DNA of 51,167 nt, taken from positions 1 to 51,167 of the forward strand of contig CAAGKL010000099.1 in assembly GCA_900770405.1 (NCBI GenBank), given 5' to 3'. Positions 1 to 9,078 of the stretch are shown in pieces; the stretch's first letter is position 1; every line of letters starts with the position of its first letter. This DNA comes from Clostridia bacterium (lineage in GTDB: Bacteria; Bacillota; Clostridia; UBA1381). A program made the translations under genes and the position numbers. Under the pieces are notes generated by a model. It was not told the origin of the DNA and did not search any database. It saw nothing but the letters and a program-made list of their open reading frames with translations.

Positions 1-19
1 CTGAGGGAGGTGAGGGTGC

Positions 20-301
20 GTGTACCGCAAATATTACAGCTATAACGATATGCCCAAGCCCGTGAAGCCGCCCCCGCCGGGCGGCGGACACCGACCGGAC
101 GCCCCGCCGCCGAAGGGGTGGGAGGTTTCCTGCGCGCCGCCGAAGGAGATAAAAAAAGACCCGCCCCCGGGCGGAATTTTGGCGGGCTTTGAGCGGGACG
201 ACCTGATTTTGGCGGCGATATTGCTGGTGCTGCTGATTGACGGCTGCAATGATAAGCTGCTGTTGGCGGCAATAGGATTTTTGCTGGTCGAGGGACTTTG
301 A
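20..301 (+). CDS. hypothetical small Pro/Gly-rich protein with hydrophobic C-terminal segment
   Basis: 93-aa ORF with a GTG start, preceded by GGAGGTGA. The N-half is proline-rich; the C-terminus (LILAAILLVLLIDG...LLLAAIGFLLV) is hydrophobic. A strong hairpin terminator follows. No family recognised. Confidence 0.4.
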   Translation: MYRKYYSYNDMPKPVKPPPPGGGHRPDAPPPKGWEVSCAPPKEIKKDPPPGGILAGFERDDLILAAILLVLLIDGCNDKLLLAAIGFLLVEGL

Positions 302-307
302 TTACAT

Positions 308-337
308 AAAAAAATGGCTTAGCAAAGCCATTTTTTT
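308..337. terminator. bidirectional intrinsic terminator
   Basis: aaaaaaATGGCTTagcaAAGCCATttttttt: the stem is flanked by an A-run and a T-run. It lies between convergent ORFs ending at 301 (+) and 336 (-). Confidence 0.75.
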
Positions 338-707
338 ATGTGCGCGAAACGCCGAGCACACCGCCGAGCATACCCGAGAGCAGCGCCGCTGCGAGCATAA
401 TCAGCATATGCGCGTCGAGCGGCAGCTCCCTGCGGATTATAAGCGCCGCCGCGGCAAGGACGATGTAGTATAAAAGCCCGACCGCCGCGCCGTTTGCCAG
501 TCCCTTAGTCCCGGCGGCGCGGCAGACGAAAAAGCCCCCGACCGCGCAGGACAGCGCCCCGATTAAAAATATCAGCGCCGACACCAAAAGCTCCGGCACG
601 TCGGAAAAGTACATCACCGCAGCGAGCACAGCCGCCGCAAGAACCGTCAGCGCGATTGCCGCCGCCGCGCCCTTCAAAATCCCCGCAAAGCTCATTTTGT
701 CAATCAA
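336..707 (-). CDS. small integral membrane protein (YrzE/TIGR04086-like)
   Basis: 123 aa with about four Ala/Gly/Leu-rich hydrophobic helices. Size and composition resemble the TIGR04086 membrane family; this assignment is from memory. Confidence 0.55.
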   Translation of the reverse strand: MIDKMSFAGILKGAAAAIALTVLAAAVLAAVMYFSDVPELLVSALIFLIGALSCAVGGFFVCRAAGTKGLANGAAVGLLYYIVLAAAALIIRRELPLDAHMLIMLAAALLSGMLGGVLGVSRT

Positions 708-786
708 CTCCCTTTCCTGCCGCGAAATGCGCGGACAAACATCTGTAATATTCTATTCGAAAAGGCCGGCGGATATGACAAAAAAG

Positions 787-1500
787 CTACATATGCATTC
801 CGCCGTTGACGCCGAGCACCTGTCCGGTTATGTAGCCCGCGCGCTGCGACGCGAAAAAGGACACCGCCGATGCGACCTCGCGCGGGTCGCCGAGCCGCCC
901 GAGCGGAATGTCGGCGGCAAGCTCCGCGAGTGTATCCTCACCCAAAAAGGCGTTCATTTCGGTGTCGATAACGCCGGGCGCTATGCAGTTGACGCATATC
1001 CCTGACGGCGCAAGCTCCTTTGCCAGCGACTTCGTAAAGCCGATAAGCGCCGCCTTCGCCGCCGAATACGCAACCTCGCACGACGCGCCCTCCTCGCCCC
1101 AAATTGAGGAAATATTGATAATTCTGCCGTATTTGTTGTGCACCATATGCCCCATCAGCGCGCGCGTGACAAGATACGCCCCGCGCATATCGGCGGCGAA
1201 AATCCCGTCCCAGTCGGCGGGCGCGGTGTCGCAGAGCATCTTCTGCATAGCAATTCCCGCGTTGTTCACGAGCACGTCAACCCCGCCGAGCGCCTCTGCC
1301 TCCTCCGCCATTTTCGCGACCTCGTCCTCGCGCGAGATGTCGGCGAAAATTGCATATGCGCCGAGCTCGCGCACAAGCGCCACGCACGCATCGCGGCTTT
1401 GGCGGCAGTTTAAAATCACGCGGAAGCCGTCGTCCGAGAGCCGCCGTGCGATTGCCGCGCCGATGCCGCGTGACGCGCCGGTGATTAACGCTGTTTTCAT
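787..1500 (-). CDS. SDR family oxidoreductase (FabG-like 3-oxoacyl-ACP reductase type)
   Basis: Start re-set to MKTALITGASRGIG (ATG at 1500). Motifs: TGxxxGIG Rossmann, NNAG, catalytic S...YSAAK, PG(V)IDT. The ORF-track extension up to 2373 overlaps the SEDS gene and is rejected. Confidence 0.85.
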   Translation of the reverse strand: MKTALITGASRGIGAAIARRLSDDGFRVILNCRQSRDACVALVRELGAYAIFADISREDEVAKMAEEAEALGGVDVLVNNAGIAMQKMLCDTAPADWDGIFAADMRGAYLVTRALMGHMVHNKYGRIINISSIWGEEGASCEVAYSAAKAALIGFTKSLAKELAPSGICVNCIAPGVIDTEMNAFLGEDTLAELAADIPLGRLGDPREVASAVSFFASQRAGYITGQVLGVNGGMHM

Positions 1501-2618
1501 ATATACAAACTCCCCTTGTTGCGCCGCGACACGGACAAAACAAGCCCGACTGCGGCGAGATTTGTGAGCACGGACGTGCCGCCGTAGCTGAAAAACGGCA
1601 ACGGTATGCCGGTTACCGGCATCAACCCGATGCACATACCGACATTTTCGATTGTGTGGAATAAGAGCATCGCCCCGACTCCGGCGGCAATGCACCTGCC
1701 GGCGGGGTTTTCGCATTTTGCCGCGGTGCGCAGTATGCGGAAAATTATGGCGAACAGCACGCCGCAGACGATGACCGCGCCGATAAAGCCGAACTCCTCG
1801 CAGACGGTGCTGAAGATGAAGTCGGTGTGCTTTGCGGGCAGAAACCCGAGCTGGTTCTGCGTCCCGTGCAGATACCCCTTGCCGAAAAGCCCGCCCGAGC
1901 CGACGGCGATTTTCGACTGAATGACGTTGTAGCCCTTGCCGAGCGGGTCGAGCTCGGGGTTTAAAAACACCTCGATGCGGTGCCTTTGGTAGTTGCTCAA
2001 AGCGTGGCGGTAAATGAGCGGCAGCGCCGCTGCGCCGAGAATGAGCGCGGGGACGATGTACTTGAAGGACAGCCCCGAGATGAACAGTGTGACCGCGAAG
2101 ATGAACACGAAAACCATCGCGCTGCCGGCGTCGGGCTGGAGCATAATCGGCACGAGATATACCGCGAGGTGCAGGCAGAGCCCGAGCAGCACAAGCGGGC
2201 GGTTGATTTTGCCCTGAACCTTCGAGATGTGGAAGGCGAAAGTGATTATAAAGCCGAGCTTTGCGATTTCCGACGGCTGTATGCCGATCGGACCGAAGCG
2301 GATCCAGCTTTTCGCGCCGACCTCGTCCGCACCCGTGCCGATTGCGAGCACAAGCACGAGCAGCAGCATACAAAAGGCGAAAATCGGGATTGTGAGCAGA
2401 TTGTACTGCTCGTAGTCAAAGGCGGAAAGCAGCAGCATCAGCCCCGAGCCGAGTATGACCGCGCCGGTCTGCACGGCAATGTTCGATATTCCGCCGAAGG
2501 AGAGCGTTGCCGAATAGACAGCAAAAAGCCCCATAACCGCCGCCGCAAGCGTCAGGTACAGGAGCGTGCTGTCAAAGCCGCTGCGCTGCCTTTTGAGCCT
2601 GAGTGCAAGAAGTCCCAC
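1497..2618 (-). CDS. FtsW/RodA/SpoVE (SEDS) family cell-wall polymerase
   Basis: 373 aa, polytopic. SEDS signatures: GSGGLFGKGYLHGTQ, LPAKHTDFIFS, PVTGIPLPFFSYGGTS. Its stop overlaps the SDR start by 4 nt. Confidence 0.9.
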   Translation of the reverse strand: MGLLALRLKRQRSGFDSTLLYLTLAAAVMGLFAVYSATLSFGGISNIAVQTGAVILGSGLMLLLSAFDYEQYNLLTIPIFAFCMLLLVLVLAIGTGADEVGAKSWIRFGPIGIQPSEIAKLGFIITFAFHISKVQGKINRPLVLLGLCLHLAVYLVPIMLQPDAGSAMVFVFIFAVTLFISGLSFKYIVPALILGAAALPLIYRHALSNYQRHRIEVFLNPELDPLGKGYNVIQSKIAVGSGGLFGKGYLHGTQNQLGFLPAKHTDFIFSTVCEEFGFIGAVIVCGVLFAIIFRILRTAAKCENPAGRCIAAGVGAMLLFHTIENVGMCIGLMPVTGIPLPFFSYGGTSVLTNLAAVGLVLSVSRRNKGSLYI

Positions 2619-2720
2619 AAAAATTCCGCCTTTCCTGTTGCATAATTACCTATTATTATATACTAATTCTTTCCATTTTTCAATAATAATAAACAAATTA
2701 TTAATTTATTGCCCGAAGGC

Positions 2721-2749
2721 TTGATTTTTTGCGGCGCAGGAAGTATAAT
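2721..2749 (+). promoter_or_regulatory. sigma-A type promoter upstream of metY
   Basis: TTGATT, 17-nt spacer, TATAAT. The leader to the ATG at 2796 is only about 40 nt. Confidence 0.6.
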
Positions 2750-2795
2750 AAGTATAAATTACACGCCCGGTGAGGGCGGAACGGAGCGAGTTTTT

Positions 2796-4064
2796 ATGAA
2801 TAAAGAAACGGTTTGCGTGCAGGGCGGCTACAGCCCGAAAAACGGGGAGGCGCGCGTTTTGCCGATTTATCAGAGCACTACATATAAGTACGATACCTGC
2901 GAGGAGATGGCGAAACTTTTCGACCTCGAGGCGGACGGGTATTTTTACACCCGCCTGGCAAATCCAACGGTCGGCTGCGTTGAGGCGAAAATTGCGGCGC
3001 TCGAGGGCGGCGTCGGCGCGATGATGACCTCATCGGGGCAGGCGGCAACGCTGATTGCGGTGCTGACGCTCTGCTCGGCGGGCGACCATATCGTCTGCTC
3101 GGCGGCGGTTTACGGCGGCAGCTTTAACCTCCTCGGCGTGACGCTGGAAAAGCTCGGCATACATACGACCTTTGTCGACCCGGATGCTGCGGAGGAGGAG
3201 CTTGCGGCGGCGGTTCGCCCTGAAACTAAGGCGATAGTCGGCGAAACGATTGCAAATCCGGCGCTGAAAGTGCTCGATATCGAGAAATTCGCCCGCGTCG
3301 CGCGCAAAAATGCGATACCGCTGATTGTGGATAATACCTTCGCGACACCGGTGCTGTGCCGCCCGTTTGAGTTCGGCGCGGACATCGTGACGCACTCGAC
3401 ATCGAAATATATGGACGGCCACGCGGTGAGCCTTGGCGGCGTTATTGTCGACAGCGGGAATTTTGACTGGGCGGCGAGCGGAAAATTCCCCGAATTTACG
3501 ACGCCCGATGAGTCGTACCACGGCGTGGTTTACACGGAAAAGTTCGCAAAGGCGGCGTATATCACCAAGGCTCGGGCACAGCTTATGCGCGACCTCGGCT
3601 CGGCGCCGTCGCCGCAGAATGCGTTCTTGCTGAATCTGGGGCTCGAGACGCTGCACCTGAGAATGAGGGCGCACTCGGAAAATGCGCTTAAGGTGGCGAA
3701 ATTCCTCGCCGCGGACGGGCGCGTGTCCTGGGTGAATTATCCGGGACTTGAGGATAATAAATATTATGCTCTTGCGAAAAAGTACTTGCCGGACGGCTGC
3801 TCGGGCGTGATTTCCTTCGGCGTGAAGGGCGGGCGCGAGGCGGCGGTCCGCGTGCTGAACAGCCTTGAGCTGGTCGCGATTGTGACGCACGTTGCCGATG
3901 CGCGCACCTGTGCGCTGCACCCCGCGAGCACGACCCACCGCCAGATGACCGACGAGCAGCTCGCCGAGGGCGGAATCGGCGCGGATTTGGTACGGCTTTC
4001 GGTCGGGATTGAAAATGCTGACGATATTATTGCAGATCTGGACAAGGCGCTTTCAAAAATTTAA
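2796..4064 (+). CDS. metY: O-acetylhomoserine aminocarboxypropyltransferase / sulfhydrylase
   Basis: Start re-set to MNKETVCVQGGY with a GGAGCGAG RBS. PLP Cys/Met-metabolism family: YTRLANPT, SSGQAA, DNTFATP, HSTSKYMDGH (PLP Lys). Confidence 0.9.
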   Translation: MNKETVCVQGGYSPKNGEARVLPIYQSTTYKYDTCEEMAKLFDLEADGYFYTRLANPTVGCVEAKIAALEGGVGAMMTSSGQAATLIAVLTLCSAGDHIVCSAAVYGGSFNLLGVTLEKLGIHTTFVDPDAAEEELAAAVRPETKAIVGETIANPALKVLDIEKFARVARKNAIPLIVDNTFATPVLCRPFEFGADIVTHSTSKYMDGHAVSLGGVIVDSGNFDWAASGKFPEFTTPDESYHGVVYTEKFAKAAYITKARAQLMRDLGSAPSPQNAFLLNLGLETLHLRMRAHSENALKVAKFLAADGRVSWVNYPGLEDNKYYALAKKYLPDGCSGVISFGVKGGREAAVRVLNSLELVAIVTHVADARTCALHPASTTHRQMTDEQLAEGGIGADLVRLSVGIENADDIIADLDKALSKI

Positions 4065-4079
4065 AGGAGGGGTTTTGAG

Positions 4080-4763
4080 TTGAAGCAGCGAAATGCCGCA
4101 CGGATTGTTTTGAATATTTTAATCGGGCTGCTGATTGCAGCGATGGTTGTTGCTGCCGGGGCGCTGGCGGTGGCGAGGTTTGTCGTGTTGCCGAAATATG
4201 AGCAGAAGCTCAGGGAGCAGGGCAGGGGCGAGATTGCCGAGGCAGTGAAAAATAACAATAACCTCGGGGCGTTTGCGACGCTCGGGAAGCTGCTTTCAAA
4301 CCCCGATGTGGTGAATTTTTTGTCGAATATAAACCGCGAGACGGCGACCTCGGTGCTCGATGTGCTCGATACGCTTGACAGTGAGTATACGGAGGAAACA
4401 GCGGGCGAGCGGGTCGGACCGTGGATTGTTTCCGACAGCGTGCAGACGAAGATAACCAAGCCCGCGCCTGCGCCGACTCCGGCGCCGACAGAGGCGCCCG
4501 CGCTCGAGGTGCCGAAAAACCCGACGGCAAAAACTCCGCAGACCGCGTATGAGCGCATCGCTGCCGCCGCGACGACGGAGGATATGGCGGACGGGCTGGC
4601 GATAATTTCAAAGCTCGACGTCGGCTATGTGACCTCGCTGACGGCGGGCGGGCTCACGAGCGAGGAGAAAAAAGAGCTCAGCAAGTACGTGCACTCGGTG
4701 CTCTCCGGCGCGGAAATTTCGCGCGCGGTGCAGCTTTACCGCACCTACTCGAAGTACCTGTGA
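4080..4763 (+). CDS. hypothetical membrane-anchored protein
   Basis: TTG start 7 nt after AGGAGGGG. N-terminal TM helix (IVLNILIGLLIAAMVVAAGALAV), a Pro/Thr/Ala-rich linker and a helical C-domain. No family recognised. Confidence 0.5.
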   Translation: MKQRNAARIVLNILIGLLIAAMVVAAGALAVARFVVLPKYEQKLREQGRGEIAEAVKNNNNLGAFATLGKLLSNPDVVNFLSNINRETATSVLDVLDTLDSEYTEETAGERVGPWIVSDSVQTKITKPAPAPTPAPTEAPALEVPKNPTAKTPQTAYERIAAAATTEDMADGLAIISKLDVGYVTSLTAGGLTSEEKKELSKYVHSVLSGAEISRAVQLYRTYSKYL

Positions 4764-5533
4764 TTTCAGAGGAAAAAATCCGCGGCGCATTGCACGGCGC
4801 GGCGGATACGAGGATAATTGTGCTTGATGAGGTCGGCTCGACGAATAATTTCGCAAAGGAAAACGCAGTGCCGGGCGGCACGCTCATCTGCGCGGCGCGG
4901 CAGACCGGCGGCAGAGGTCGGCGCGGCAAAAGCTTTTTCTCGCCCGAGGGCGGCGTGTATATGACGGCGGTTTTTGACGCTGACAAAATCCCCTCGCCGC
5001 CGCTCCTGACGGTGATTTGCGCTGCGGCTGAGGCGAAATTTTTCGAGGAGGCGGGCGTCGGCGGCATCGGGATTAAGTGGGTCAATGATATTTTCTGCGA
5101 CGGCAAAAAGGTCTCGGGCATACTCTGCGAGGCGATTTGCGGCGCGGACGGCGCGATTTCCCACGTGATTTGCGGCATCGGCATAAATGTGAATATGCCG
5201 CGCGAGGCGTTTGCGCCGGAAATCCGGGAGCTTGCCGGCAGCGTGAGAACCGATCGCACGCGCGAGGAGATAATCGGTGGGATTTATTCCGGGATATGCG
5301 CACTTTTGTGCGTACCGCGCGAAGAGGTGCTCGCGGAATATAAGAAAAGGCTGTTTTTACTCGGGGATGAGGTCAGCTATGTTAAGGACGGCGAAAGGCG
5401 CAGCGGGACTGCGTTTGACATAAATTCTGACGCAAATCTGCTCGTACGGACAAAGGACGGCACGGACACGCTGACGGCGGGCGAGATTTCGCTCGGCAGC
5501 GGCGGATTTTGCGGGGTGGAAAAAGGGAGATAG
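4760..5533 (+). CDS. birA: biotin--[acetyl-CoA-carboxylase] ligase, no N-terminal HTH
   Basis: GRGRRGKSFFSPEGGVY and KWVNDI motifs. The GTG start overlaps the upstream stop (GTGA). Confidence 0.85.
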   Translation: MISEEKIRGALHGAADTRIIVLDEVGSTNNFAKENAVPGGTLICAARQTGGRGRRGKSFFSPEGGVYMTAVFDADKIPSPPLLTVICAAAEAKFFEEAGVGGIGIKWVNDIFCDGKKVSGILCEAICGADGAISHVICGIGINVNMPREAFAPEIRELAGSVRTDRTREEIIGGIYSGICALLCVPREEVLAEYKKRLFLLGDEVSYVKDGERRSGTAFDINSDANLLVRTKDGTDTLTAGEISLGSGGFCGVEKGR

Positions 5534-5535
5534 TA

Positions 5536-6174
5536 ATGCAGAAGTATGCAGTTATAGGATTGGGAAAATTCGGGCAGAGTGTCGCGCGCGAGCTTGCACA
5601 GTCGGGCGCGGACGTGCTTGCCGTTGATATAAATGAGGACAAGGTGCGGGAAATTGCCACGGCGGTGTCGTGTGCCGTGTGCGCCGATTTGCGCGACCCG
5701 AATGCCGCGGCGGAAATCGGGCTGGCGGGGCGCGATACGGTCATTGTCGCAACGTCGGGCAGCCTTGAGGCGAGCGTGATTGCAGTCATACTTGCCCGTG
5801 AGGCAGGCGCGTCGCTTGTTCTCGCCAAGGCGAAGGACGATATTCAGTCGCGGATACTGGAGAAGGTGGGCGCGGATCGGGTGCTTGTGCCCGAGCGCGA
5901 GAGCGGCGTGCGTGTTGCACGCAGTCTCTGCTCGGAGGGAATGGTTGATTTGATCGAGCTTTCCGACCGGGTGCATCTTGTCGAGGTGGAAATTCAGCCG
6001 GAATGGCAGGGGAAGAGCCTTGCCGCGCTCAATCTACGCAAAAGGCTGGGCTTTAATGTCATCGGCATACGCGGCGAAGATGGGCTCGAGGTCAATATCG
6101 ACCCCGCAAAGCCCCTGCCGGGACGGGGGACGGTGCTGATTATCGCTGACGCGAAGCGATTATCTCAAATTTAA
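5536..6174 (+). CDS. TrkA/KtrA-type potassium-uptake RCK protein (NAD-binding)
   Basis: MQKYAVIGLGKFGQSVARELAQSG carries a GxGxxG Rossmann motif (RCK_N), followed by an RCK_C-like C-domain. RBS is AAGGGAGA. No membrane partner is adjacent. Confidence 0.85.
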   Translation: MQKYAVIGLGKFGQSVARELAQSGADVLAVDINEDKVREIATAVSCAVCADLRDPNAAAEIGLAGRDTVIVATSGSLEASVIAVILAREAGASLVLAKAKDDIQSRILEKVGADRVLVPERESGVRVARSLCSEGMVDLIELSDRVHLVEVEIQPEWQGKSLAALNLRKRLGFNVIGIRGEDGLEVNIDPAKPLPGRGTVLIIADAKRLSQI

Positions 6175-6187
6175 GGGAGTGGTTTTG

Positions 6188-6691
6188 ATGAAGAACAACA
6201 CAAGAAAGATAGTATTGGCTGCGCTTTTTGCGGCGCTTTGCTGCGTTTTTACGATGATTATAAAAATCCCTTCGCCGATGAAAGGGTACTTGAATCTCGG
6301 CGACTGCGCGGTGCTTTTGAGCGGCTGGACGCTCGGCGGCGTTTACGGATTTTTGGCGGCGGCAATCGGCTCGGCGCTGGCGGACGTTTTTTCGGGCTAT
6401 GCGCTGTATGCGCCGGCGACCTTTGTGATTAAGGGTTTGGTTGCGCTGGTTGCGTACCTTTTGCACAGGGCGATTGCGATTAAAAGCGATATTTTGTCCA
6501 AAATCTGCGCGGCGGTTGTTGCCGAGCTTGTGATGGTTGCGGGGTATTATGTTTTCGAGGGCTTCTTGTACGGTTTCGACGAATCGCTCGTGAATATACC
6601 GTCGAATATGGCACAGGGCGCTGCCGGAATTATCCTCGGCGTGGTTTTGTCGGGAATTGTTGATAAGATCAGAGAGAAGAACGGATTTTAG
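6188..6691 (+). CDS. ECF-transporter S-component-like membrane protein
   Basis: About 167 aa with 5-6 TM helices and an N-terminal basic stretch, typical of ECF substrate-capture subunits. There are no ecfA/ecfT neighbours and the substrate is unknown. Confidence 0.55.
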   Translation: MKNNTRKIVLAALFAALCCVFTMIIKIPSPMKGYLNLGDCAVLLSGWTLGGVYGFLAAAIGSALADVFSGYALYAPATFVIKGLVALVAYLLHRAIAIKSDILSKICAAVVAELVMVAGYYVFEGFLYGFDESLVNIPSNMAQGAAGIILGVVLSGIVDKIREKNGF

Positions 6692-7042
6692 AAATGGGAT
6701 GTTAAAAAACTCCGGATCGCAAGAAAAGGAGTAAAATGCGAATATTGCAGGAAATGTAGTTGATAGGTTTTTAAGGCAGAAAAATCAAAAAATTGAGTTT
6801 TCATAAAATTTTTTCTTTTCTTGATATCAACAAACTGAGCCGCTCGAGCGTCGGAACGAGCTGCATATAATTCGTCGCAAATTAAAAATTTCCGCCGAAT
6901 TAATACGCTGTTCCTCCTTTTCCCCAAGAACCTTTAGTTTTCGGGAGCCCTCGGTATGTACGCTTTCGGGTATCCCAAAGCTAAAGCTTTGGCGCAGTTT
7001 GTTAATTCCAAAGCTTTTTTCCTATCCCCTTGAAAAAGTTAA

Positions 7043-7090
7043 GGCTGTTTAAAAAGTTAATTGACTTTTTAAACAGCCCCTTTTTATTTT
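7043..7090. terminator. bidirectional intrinsic terminator downstream of noc
   Basis: GGCTGTTTAAAAAGttaattgaCTTTTTAAACAGCC forms a 14-bp stem. T-rich tracts follow on both strands. Confidence 0.75.
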
Positions 7091-7878
7091 GTCTTTACCG
7101 TAATTTTATATTCAATTCCCCAGTCATATTCCTTTTTTTCGAGCTCTGCCGGCGCGCCGCTTTCGCGGATAAGATTAAGCGCGCGCTTGACCGTGTTGGT
7201 AAACATACGCAAATCGTTGCGCGTGGCATAGGTTATGTGCTGGCGCGGGTCGCGCTGCGCCTTTAAAAGCGAGTGCACGAGCTCCTCCGTCTGCACGACA
7301 TTCAGATGCTTTTTGCAGACCTCCTTTGCCGCCCGCAGCTGCACTTCCTCATCGGACAGGTGCAAAAGCGCGCGTGCGTGCCGCTCGGTCAGTGCATATT
7401 CGCGCACGAGCCGCTTGACGCGCGGCGCGAGCCGCAAAAGCCGCAGCTTATTCGCGACGGTCGACTGCGATTTCCCGATTTTCCGCGCAAGCTCCTCCTG
7501 GGTCATACCGCGCTCGGCGATGAGCTTTTTATAGCCCTCGGCAATCTCGAAAAAGCACAAATCCTCCCGCTGCAAATTTTCCAAAAGCGCAATCAGCGCG
7601 GATTTTTCTTCGTCGGCATTGATGACGATGGCAGGAATTGTGTCGAGCCCGACGCTCTCCGCCGCACGGAAGCGGCGTTCGCCGGCGACAATTTCATATC
7701 CGTCGAAAACCTTGCGCACGGTAATCGGCTGAATAACGCCGAACTGCTCGATGGACGCGGCGAGCTCCTCAAGAGAAATAGAATCGAAGTACTTGCGCGG
7801 CTGGTTAGGGTTTGGGTGTATTTTATACATCGGAAGGCTCAGCACGCGCATACCGTCCTCCGACCTCCGCTTAAACAT
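7084..7878 (-). CDS. noc: ParB/Noc family nucleoid-occlusion-like DNA-binding protein
   Basis: ParB N-domain motifs KIHPNPNQPRKYFD, GVIQPITVR, GERRFRAA. HTH is MTQEELARKIGKSQSTVANKLRLLRL. It lies directly downstream of rsmG, as noc does in Bacillus. The start is uncertain: ATG at 7878 chosen, ATG at 7851 has the better RBS. Confidence 0.75.
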   Translation of the reverse strand: MFKRRSEDGMRVLSLPMYKIHPNPNQPRKYFDSISLEELAASIEQFGVIQPITVRKVFDGYEIVAGERRFRAAESVGLDTIPAIVINADEEKSALIALLENLQREDLCFFEIAEGYKKLIAERGMTQEELARKIGKSQSTVANKLRLLRLAPRVKRLVREYALTERHARALLHLSDEEVQLRAAKEVCKKHLNVVQTEELVHSLLKAQRDPRQHITYATRNDLRMFTNTVKRALNLIRESGAPAELEKKEYDWGIEYKITVKTK

Positions 7879-8065
7879 CTGCAACGGTTTCCGGCTCCTT
7901 TCTTGGGTAAGGTGGAAGGTGTAAGGCGGTGGTGGCGGTGGGGGTAACACACCGTAGATTGGGAGCACCGGTATGTATTTACCGTTCCTGCCGCCTTACA
8001 AGTCCATTATAGCACAGTATTCCGGAATTGGAAGTATTTTTGTAAGACCGTTTCAGACAATATTT

Positions 8066-8800
8066 TTACTTTTTCGCGCCTTTCTTCAAATTATAACAGC
8101 CTCCGATAGGGGATTTTGACGCAATACCTGCCTTTCTGGGGTATTGCATCGGAGTTTGTCGCACTTTTTTTACGCAGATTATGCGGTGTGCGAGGTCGGT
8201 GAATGGGATTTTTGCGGTGAAAATATCCCCGACCCTGCCGCCGAGAATGTCGATGGCGCGCTTCGCCGCGGAAAGCTCCTCATCGGCGAGCGGGCCTTTG
8301 AGCGCGAGAAAATCTCCGCCCACGCGCACGAACGGCAGGCAAAGCTCCGACAGCACCGTCATATTTGCGACCGCGCGCGACACCGCCGTGTCGAAGCCCT
8401 CGCGCATACGCCGCGCGGCGTCCTCCGCCCGTGCGTGCACCGTATGCACGCCTGAGAGCGCGAGTCTTTCGCACACCTCGTCAAGGAAGGTGAGCCGCTT
8501 TGCGAGCGAGTCGAGCAGCACGAGCTCGATGTCGGGGCGCATAATCTTCAGAACCAGACCCGGAAAGCCCGCGCCGCAGCCGACGTCGATTATCCGCCTG
8601 CCGACCTTGCCGGTGCAAAGCGGGGTCATACTGTCGAGGAAATGCTTGGTCACGATGCCCGCATCATCGGTTATTGCGGTCAGGTTGACCCGCTCGTTGC
8701 GCTCTTGGAGCATACGTGCGTAGGTGATGAGCATATCGAGCTGCCCGTCTGACGCGGTAAGCCCGAGCTCTTTTATTCCATCTGATAGCATTTGCTTCAT
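8066..8800 (-). CDS. rsmG: 16S rRNA (guanine527-N7)-methyltransferase
   Basis: GidB family: RVNLTAI, IDVGCGAGFPG SAM motif, 244 aa. Confidence 0.9.
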   Translation of the reverse strand: MKQMLSDGIKELGLTASDGQLDMLITYARMLQERNERVNLTAITDDAGIVTKHFLDSMTPLCTGKVGRRIIDVGCGAGFPGLVLKIMRPDIELVLLDSLAKRLTFLDEVCERLALSGVHTVHARAEDAARRMREGFDTAVSRAVANMTVLSELCLPFVRVGGDFLALKGPLADEELSAAKRAIDILGGRVGDIFTAKIPFTDLAHRIICVKKVRQTPMQYPRKAGIASKSPIGGCYNLKKGAKK

Positions 8801-8818
8801 TTTTTATCGTCCTTTGTC

Positions 8819-8847
8819 TTGAATTGGTGAAAATTTCCTGTTATAAT
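8819..8847 (+). promoter_or_regulatory. sigma-A type promoter for the XRE regulator gene
   Basis: TTGAAT, 17-nt spacer, TATAAT. It is divergent from rsmG. Confidence 0.6.
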
Positions 8848-8868
8848 AGGGTTAAGGGAGTGAGCTTT

Positions 8869-9078
8869 GTGGATATAATCGCGCGAAAACTTGAATATTA
8901 CCGCAGGGTTGCGGGGCTTACACAGCTCGAGCTTGCCGAGGAAATCGGCGAAAGCCCGACAATGATTGCCGATTTTGAGGATGGCAGGGAGCTGCCGACG
9001 TTTGAGACGGTTGTGCGGTTTGCGCATATTTTCGGCGTCACCACCGACCAGCTTTTGGGGCATCAGGTGCTCGGCTGA
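8869..9078 (+). CDS. XRE-family helix-turn-helix transcriptional regulator (69 aa)
   Basis: GTG start 8 nt after AAGGGAG. HTH_3 pattern: LTQLELAEEIGESPTMIADFEDGRELPTFETVVRFAHIFGVTTDQLL. The 3' end overlaps the convergent PP-loop gene by 16 nt. Confidence 0.7.
   Translation: MDIIARKLEYYRRVAGLTQLELAEEIGESPTMIADFEDGRELPTFETVVRFAHIFGVTTDQLLGHQVLG

Noticed and set aside
787-2373. 528-aa minus-strand ORF
   Set aside because: Only the last 237 codons form the SDR protein, which has its own ATG and Rossmann motif. The upstream part is an Arg-rich out-of-frame shadow of the SEDS gene, typical of GC-rich DNA.
2640-2795. S-box/SAM riboswitch upstream of metY
   Set aside because: The promoter at 2721-2749 leaves only about 40 nt of leader. 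No S-box core (GAGGGA...GCCC...GCAACC) is present.
5156-5171. parS-like sequence TTTCCCACGTGATTTG inside birA
   Set aside because: Only about 10 of 16 positions match TGTTCCACGTGAAACA and the palindrome is not preserved. It is likely chance.
6688-6927. 79-aa minus-strand ORF in the AT-rich tract
   Set aside because: The TTG start has no usable RBS spacing. The ORF overlaps the end of the ECF S-component gene. Its composition is not protein-like and there is no family resemblance.
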